A stretch of 64,000 bases of DNA from a virus. Below, piece after piece: positions 59,312 to 64,000 of the stretch. The stretch's first letter is position 1. Each line of letters starts with the position of its first letter. The stretch lies in the IMG/VR virus record IMGVR_UViG_3300030060_007423, positions 64,001 through 128,000 of that record, one strand, 5' to 3'. The notes beneath the pieces are model-generated. The model did not search any database, was not told the origin of the DNA, and worked only from the letters and a program-made list of their open reading frames with translations. A program made the translations under genes and the position numbers.

Positions 59312-59582
59312 ACGGGATAGATTTTATATTGTAATTAAGTGGCATTACAACCCAACAACAAATGAAGTAGGTAAAAGAAAAAAGCTACCAGTGTTGATGA
59401 TGGATTCAGATGGTAACCCGTTAGAGTTTGATACATTAACATCGGCAGAAGAATTTACAGAGATTATGAACTTCAATACTAATCAAGGATTTCATTATGA
59501 GATACGAGAATTAGGAAAGAAGTACTTAAAGGTCAATAACAATAGTAGTAACAATGATGGATTTGATGACAGGTGCGGCTGA
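59304..59582 (+). CDS. hypothetical protein
   Basis: ATG 59304 (MSRRDRFYIV…). Confidence 0.6.
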   Translation: MSRRDRFYIVIKWHYNPTTNEVGKRKKLPVLMMDSDGNPLEFDTLTSAEEFTEIMNFNTNQGFHYEIRELGKKYLKVNNNSSNNDGFDDRCG

Positions 59583-59632
59583 CCCCCGCCCGGCCCGGCG
59601 AAGTTCGCACATGCGATGTCGCACATCAAACC
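59559..59632. other. GC-rich structured element (three-way junction)
   Basis: About 74% GC over 59572-59624; TTTGAT/ATCAAA and GTGCGGC/GTCGCAC closing stems enclose two hairpins. Confidence 0.5.
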
Positions 59633-59698
59633 CTAACCAGAAAATTGCCTTTACAAGTTATCAACAACTTTACAAGGCCAGACAAGGAGCAACAAATT

Positions 59699-59920
59699 AT
59701 GGCATGGGAAGATTTTTGGTGGGATATAACAAAAGAAATAGAAGAGTTGGGAATCAAACGAGATTTTGACAAACAACTCAAAAAAATGGATATGCAAGAC
59801 AAACACAAGTATCGTGACACACGGGACAGATGGAGTTATGCACTTGACAAAGTAAAGAAGAGATTATATGCAAAGCAAAATGGCAAGAAAACACGTAAAG
59901 ATGGCAACAACAAATCATGA
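59699..59920 (+). CDS. hypothetical protein (MAWEDFWW…)
   Basis: AAGGAG RBS before ATG 59699. Confidence 0.65.
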   Translation: MAWEDFWWDITKEIEELGIKRDFDKQLKKMDMQDKHKYRDTRDRWSYALDKVKKRLYAKQNGKKTRKDGNNKS

Positions 59921-60065
59921 TATAGAACCTTGGGCGAAAGTCCTGATGTTGGAAATCGACCAGTTATTAAAGCGTGATAATAGAGATGTAACAGCCAGTG
60001 TTAGGAAAGACCTGACACGTTTTATAGATTATATAACAAACGGAGACAAAAATGGAAATGACTAA
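59901..60065 (+). CDS. small hypothetical protein
   Basis: ATG 59901, overlap-coupled. Confidence 0.5.
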   Translation: MATTNHDIEPWAKVLMLEIDQLLKRDNRDVTASVRKDLTRFIDYITNGDKNGND

Positions 60066-60294
60066 ACAAATTATGGACGCCTTGTTGGCAAAGTATGAAG
60101 CAGACAAAATGAGAGCATTCGCTAATCTTCAAAATTATTTGACAAACCCAGCAGGTATTGGAGAACATCCAGATATAGTTGCGGAATGTGATAAACTAGT
60201 TAGTGATATTGATGATGCGATTGGCAAGATAGATACATTAAGACAATTATTTAGTAGTGGTGACCAGGGTGAGCAAAAAGAAGGCAATGAATAA
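60052..60294 (+). CDS. conserved phage protein (YL.NP.GIGEHPDI motif)
   Basis: Motif recalled from T4-like marine phages. Confidence 0.75.
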   Translation: MEMTKQIMDALLAKYEADKMRAFANLQNYLTNPAGIGEHPDIVAECDKLVSDIDDAIGKIDTLRQLFSSGDQGEQKEGNE

Positions 60295-60307
60295 TAGCGA
60301 TAGATAA

Positions 60308-60712
60308 ATGACAGAGAAACAACCAGACAAATTTGTAATACCAGATTGGTGTGTAGCTACATATGATTGGAATAGACTAGATATACGGATAGAATACGAG
60401 GAAGGTATGGTATATCAGTTTCATGGCGTACATCCAGATAGATGGACACAATGGAAGCAGGCTGATGATCCCCTATTCTATTATTATAGACACATCATGA
60501 CGTGTAGATGGACCTGTGAAAGCCATCCCAACTGGTCTCCTGTGTCATTACCGGTAGAAGTGGCAGGAAATGCCAGTGAATCCTCTAGTCAAAGTGATAG
60601 TGAAGCACAAGAGAATCAAATGGCTGAAAAAACTATGAGTGTGACTAGGAAGGAGCCCATTTCTGGCAGTCTGGATGATACTCATGAGCACGACACAAGT
60701 GTGGCAAAGTAA
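60308..60712 (+). CDS. KTSC-domain protein with acidic tail
   Basis: YD….I.IEY..G.VYQF.GV….W..W..A…YY..HI. Confidence 0.6.
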   Translation: MTEKQPDKFVIPDWCVATYDWNRLDIRIEYEEGMVYQFHGVHPDRWTQWKQADDPLFYYYRHIMTCRWTCESHPNWSPVSLPVEVAGNASESSSQSDSEAQENQMAEKTMSVTRKEPISGSLDDTHEHDTSVAK

Positions 60713-60804
60713 TCGTTAGATAGACTATCCGGCATGGCTAGACTCACGATAAGAGTGATGGATGGTATGTCAGATTTGCCACTGGTCGTGCCACATTGTC
60801 ATGG

Positions 60805-60860
60805 AAAAAAGTTGTGAAAATATTTTTTTTTCCCAATTATTCTAGTTATATTTATAGTAT
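60805..60860 (+). promoter_or_regulatory. repeated promoter element
   Basis: About 50 bp nearly identical to 54297-54348. Confidence 0.75.
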
Positions 60861-60885
60861 AATAATGGTTAAAAAATATAATACT

Positions 60886-61062
60886 ATGAATGAAAAAAAT
60901 CACTTAGAAAATCTTTATGACGTTTATCTTTACTGTCCATCTATCGACTCTGCAAAGGTCTGTACTGTGGAAGCAACTCACTACACTAATGCTAAGACAA
61001 AAGCTTTGGATATGTATCCTGGTTATGTATTGCTTGAGGATCAACTGTCTACACAATGTTAA
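60886..61062 (+). CDS. small hypothetical protein
   Basis: ATG 60886 after promoter; track start overlaps the promoter. Confidence 0.6.
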   Translation: MNEKNHLENLYDVYLYCPSIDSAKVCTVEATHYTNAKTKALDMYPGYVLLEDQLSTQC

Positions 61063-61140
61063 TAACTTTGACAATATTGTTAATAACTTTACGTAAAAGT
61101 ATAGCATAAAACCCAATAAATCTAGTTATATTTATAATAT
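61057..61140 (+). promoter_or_regulatory. repeated promoter element with two TGTTAATAAC boxes
   Basis: Boxes 61057 and 61078; CCCAATAAATCTAGTTATATTTATA. Confidence 0.72.
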
Positions 61141-61187
61141 AATTGGTTCGGATAGAAATTAAAAATTAAAACAAAAAAACGTCGCTT

Positions 61188-62393
61188 ATGAAAAATGTAA
61201 TCTTAAAAGCTGGTCTTAACGAGAGTGGTAAACCAGTATTGACTGACAAGGTTGGCAATCAGTTTGAATGTCCTGTAAAGGATAAAGCCAACAAACAAAA
61301 ATTAACGTGGGCTGTTAAAAAAGAAGCCTATGTAAAAGTAATAATGAAGGAGGGCGGAGCCATGTCCTACTCAGTATCTAATAGTAGTACTGAAAAGGAT
61401 TGGACTAAAGATGCCACGTCTATATTGACAGACCAGTGGTTGAATAAACCTGCTGCTAATGTACCTGCTGAACAGGCTGAGGTAATGGCATTCATTCAGA
61501 AATCTCCTGAGTTAAAACCAGATACTCTTAAGATGCAAGACCTTAAATGGAAATATCTTGTTAGGTCTGCAATGAGAGGTAAAAATATTATGATGACTGG
61601 TCCTGCAGGATGTGGTAAAACTATGGCAGCTAAAACTGTTGTGAACGCATTAGACAGACCAGAATTTTATTTCAACCTTGGGGCAACTCAAGATCCTAGA
61701 GCTACCTTAATTGGTAATGTCCACTTCAATAAAGAGAGTGGTACGTTCTTCTCTGAATCAATGTTTGTGAAAGCAATACAGACTGAGAATGCTGTAATAC
61801 TCATGGATGAGCTTTCACGTGCTCACCCCGAGGCTTGGAATATATTAATGACTGTATTAGACGAAGGTCAGAGATACTTAAGGTTAGATGAAGCTGATGG
61901 CTCTCCAACTATTAAAGTAGCTCCAGGTGTAACATTTATCGCTACTGCCAATATAGGTAATGAATATACAGCGACAAGAGTTATGGACCGAGCGTTATTA
62001 GACAGGTTTATTATTGTAGAGATGGATACTCTAAATGCTTCTGAGGAGTTTGAGTTGTTAACAAAACTATTTCCTAATGTGGATACTAAAACAGTTAACG
62101 CCATATCTGAAATTGCTCATGCTACTAGAGTTGAGGTTAAGAGTGAAGTTGCGAGAATCTCTACTTCTATTTCTACCAGAGCTTGTGTTGAAATGACTAG
62201 CCTTGTTTACGACGGGTTTAGTTTAACAGAAGCTGCTGAGGTTATTATGTATCCACAATACGATGATGCGGGTGGAGCTGATAGCGAAAGAACATTCGTA
62301 AAACAACTTGTACAGAAATTCTGTGACGATGGTACCGATGAAGATTTATTCAACACTGAAGATGTTGACGGTGCTGATGACAACCAGCAATAA
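61188..62393 (+). CDS. MoxR/CbbQ/CobS-like AAA+ ATPase (AAA_5)
   Basis: GPAGCGKT, ILMDE.SRA, ATAN.G..Y…MDRALLDRF, STR. Confidence 0.9.
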   Translation: MKNVILKAGLNESGKPVLTDKVGNQFECPVKDKANKQKLTWAVKKEAYVKVIMKEGGAMSYSVSNSSTEKDWTKDATSILTDQWLNKPAANVPAEQAEVMAFIQKSPELKPDTLKMQDLKWKYLVRSAMRGKNIMMTGPAGCGKTMAAKTVVNALDRPEFYFNLGATQDPRATLIGNVHFNKESGTFFSESMFVKAIQTENAVILMDELSRAHPEAWNILMTVLDEGQRYLRLDEADGSPTIKVAPGVTFIATANIGNEYTATRVMDRALLDRFIIVEMDTLNASEEFELLTKLFPNVDTKTVNAISEIAHATRVEVKSEVARISTSISTRACVEMTSLVYDGFSLTEAAEVIMYPQYDDAGGADSERTFVKQLVQKFCDDGTDEDLFNTEDVDGADDNQQ

Positions 62394-62410
62394 GCGACGA
62401 TTGCTAAGAA

Positions 62411-62443
62411 GGGGGGTGGACATTTAGAGCCATCCCCTATTCT
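62411..62443 (+). terminator. putative intrinsic terminator
   Basis: GGGGGTGG/CCATCCCC stem after AAA stop, T-rich tail. Confidence 0.55.
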
Positions 62444-62445
62444 AT

Positions 62446-62530
62446 TGTTAATAACTTTGTTAATAACTTTAGAAAATAACTATGAAATAATTTTTATTTC
62501 CCAACAATAATAGTTATATTTATATTATAA
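62446..62530 (+). promoter_or_regulatory. repeated promoter element with tandem TGTTAATAAC boxes
   Basis: Boxes 62446 and 62458; AATAACTATGAAA..ATTTTTATTTCCCAA..TAGTTATATTTATA, as at 226-275. Confidence 0.72.
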
Positions 62531-62557
62531 ATAACGGATTAAACTAATAGAGATACT

Positions 62558-64000
62558 ATGACAAATTATTCAAGCTTTTGGTTAGATGACAATTTTGACA
62601 ATGACATTGACATTCTGACAGGTGAATCAATCGTGAAACCTGGTAAGGACCTCATCAAGCTAGCCGGTTATCAAAGAGCAATCGCTAACTTTGTTAACAT
62701 CGTAACAGGTAAACACGTTCCTGTTAAATTCAAACAAAATGGTAATAGCTATACTGATGGCAAATCTATCGTGATTAGCTCAAGTCTAAAGGACAAGGAT
62801 TTCGACCCTGCTGTTGGACTTGCTCTTCACGAAGGTAGCCACATATTGTTGTCTGACTTTCAATTCCTTAAAGACTTAGAGAGCCACATACCTGCTGACA
62901 TTACAAATACAGTAATGATTAAATATGATTATGATAGATACAACGCTAACTATCATATCTTAAATAATCTAAAAGATTTGTTAAACATTGTTGAGGACAG
63001 ACGTATTGACAACTACGTGTTTAAGTCTGCTCCTGGTTATAAAGGTTACTACCACTCAATGTATGACAAATACTTTAACTCTAAAATTATAGACAAAGGA
63101 TTGGCAAGTTCTGAATTTAGAATCCCAACCTTTGAAGCTTATATGTTCCGTATCTGTAACATTACTAATAACCATAGAGACCTCAACGCATTACCTGGTC
63201 TAAGAAAGATATGGAATCTAATGGACTTAAAGAATATCGGTGATGTAAAGAGTACTGAAGAGGCCTTTCAAATTGCTTGTGAAATATATAAAGTAATTGA
63301 AGAAAACATTGAGGCTCCTAAACCAGAGGATAATGATTGTGATGGCAATTGTGATGGTGATGGTAATGAACAACAAACTGAGAATAGAGATGGCGGTACT
63401 CCTAAAACACCAGAAGGAGAATCTGATGACGATGGTTCTACTACAACAGGTACTGATTGTACTAATGGTAATACCACATCAACTATTGACTTAGAGGATT
63501 TAACTGACAAACAAAAACAACAGTTAAAGAAAGCTATTCAAAAGCAAAAGAGTTTCCAGGATGGAGATATTAAGAAAGGCGGAATGAGTAAGAAAGATGC
63601 TAGTTCATTAAATGCTATTCAGCAAGGAGATGTTGAGGTTACTAATGTTGGTAATGGAGTAGACGGATGGAGAAAGACTAGTGGTGGTACTAACTGTATT
63701 GTTATTAATGGTATTACTAAAACATTGATTGATGAGAATCCATTTGACGTGTTTATCAACAAAGACTGGTATGGTAGTAGAATGGAGCAGTTTCAACACT
63801 CTGTAGACAAAGGACTTGTATTAGGACAAAAACTTGGTAGAAAGTTACAGGTTAGAAACGAGGAGAACAGCCTTAGATACACACGATTGAATACAGGAAA
63901 GATAGATAAAAGATTGATTGCTAGTTTAGGCTATGGTGCTGAGAGTGTATTTGAACAAGTATTTACTAGCAGCCATAACGATGCCAACGTACATATCTCA
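62558..64000 (+). CDS. CobT-like metallopeptidase/VWA partner protein, 3'-truncated
   Basis: Open from ATG 62558 to window end (MTNYSSFW…); YTDG, LHEGSH, NIVEDRRID, acidic linker, TGKID.R.I; ends at VHIS where a MIDAS DxSxS is expected; missing from track. Confidence 0.85.
   Translation, partial: MTNYSSFWLDDNFDNDIDILTGESIVKPGKDLIKLAGYQRAIANFVNIVTGKHVPVKFKQNGNSYTDGKSIVISSSLKDKDFDPAVGLALHEGSHILLSDFQFLKDLESHIPADITNTVMIKYDYDRYNANYHILNNLKDLLNIVEDRRIDNYVFKSAPGYKGYYHSMYDKYFNSKIIDKGLASSEFRIPTFEAYMFRICNITNNHRDLNALPGLRKIWNLMDLKNIGDVKSTEEAFQIACEIYKVIEENIEAPKPEDNDCDGNCDGDGNEQQTENRDGGTPKTPEGESDDDGSTTTGTDCTNGNTTSTIDLEDLTDKQKQQLKKAIQKQKSFQDGDIKKGGMSKKDASSLNAIQQGDVEVTNVGNGVDGWRKTSGGTNCIVINGITKTLIDENPFDVFINKDWYGSRMEQFQHSVDKGLVLGQKLGRKLQVRNEENSLRYTRLNTGKIDKRLIASLGYGAESVFEQVFTSSHNDANVHIS

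Noticed and set aside
59573-59640. Active hammerhead ribozyme, or SECIS read-through of TGA 59580
   Set aside because: The core reads CTGACCC/GAAG rather than CUGANGA/GAAA. Read-through gives only a short Pro-rich peptide with no selenoprotein context.
59554-59769. 71-aa ORF across the GC-rich element
   Set aside because: Atypical codons, and it overlaps the better-supported gene starting at 59699.
2640-63799. All minus-strand ORFs and nested alternate-frame ORFs in the track
   Set aside because: They are antisense or out-of-frame shadows of well-supported + strand genes, with no recognisable motifs or RBS.
1-64000. Alternative genetic code (stop-codon reassignment)
   Set aside because: Long intact genes and dense coding under the standard code; TAA, TAG and TGA all end genes at expected positions.

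Overview
AT-rich (roughly 30% GC by eye) 64 kb segment of a large, probably jumbo, lytic dsDNA phage. All credible genes lie on the + strand and many are coupled by TAATG/ATGA overlaps. The host is probably Bacteroidota/FCB, inferred from a T9SS C-terminal sorting domain and TAnnTTT-type promoters. Layout: (1) 0-7 kb holds tRNA-His, a family B DNA polymerase, GroES/GroEL and a Cas4/RecB-like nuclease. (2) 7-31 kb is a glycan island with PAPS/sulfotransferase genes, about 8 glycosyltransferases, Gmd, a DegT aminotransferase, KdsB, NeuB/NeuA and a GT29 sialyltransferase. (3) 32-49.5 kb is an array of unrelated proteins, about 13 of which share an N-terminal M(I)KLxxILxE peptide; many also carry internal (L/V)xE linkers. 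It is best read as a capsid-targeted, protease-processed cargo/polyprotein system. A secreted/outer-membrane cassette (T9SS substrate, lipoprotein, beta-barrel, thioredoxin fold) interrupts it. (4) 50-64 kb holds an OMP unit, nucleotide metabolism and DNA ligase genes, many small early-type ORFs behind a repeated promoter and TGTTAATAAC box, a GC-rich structured element, and a MoxR-type AAA+/metallopeptidase-VWA pair running off the end. All product calls come from motif recognition by eye; no searches were run.
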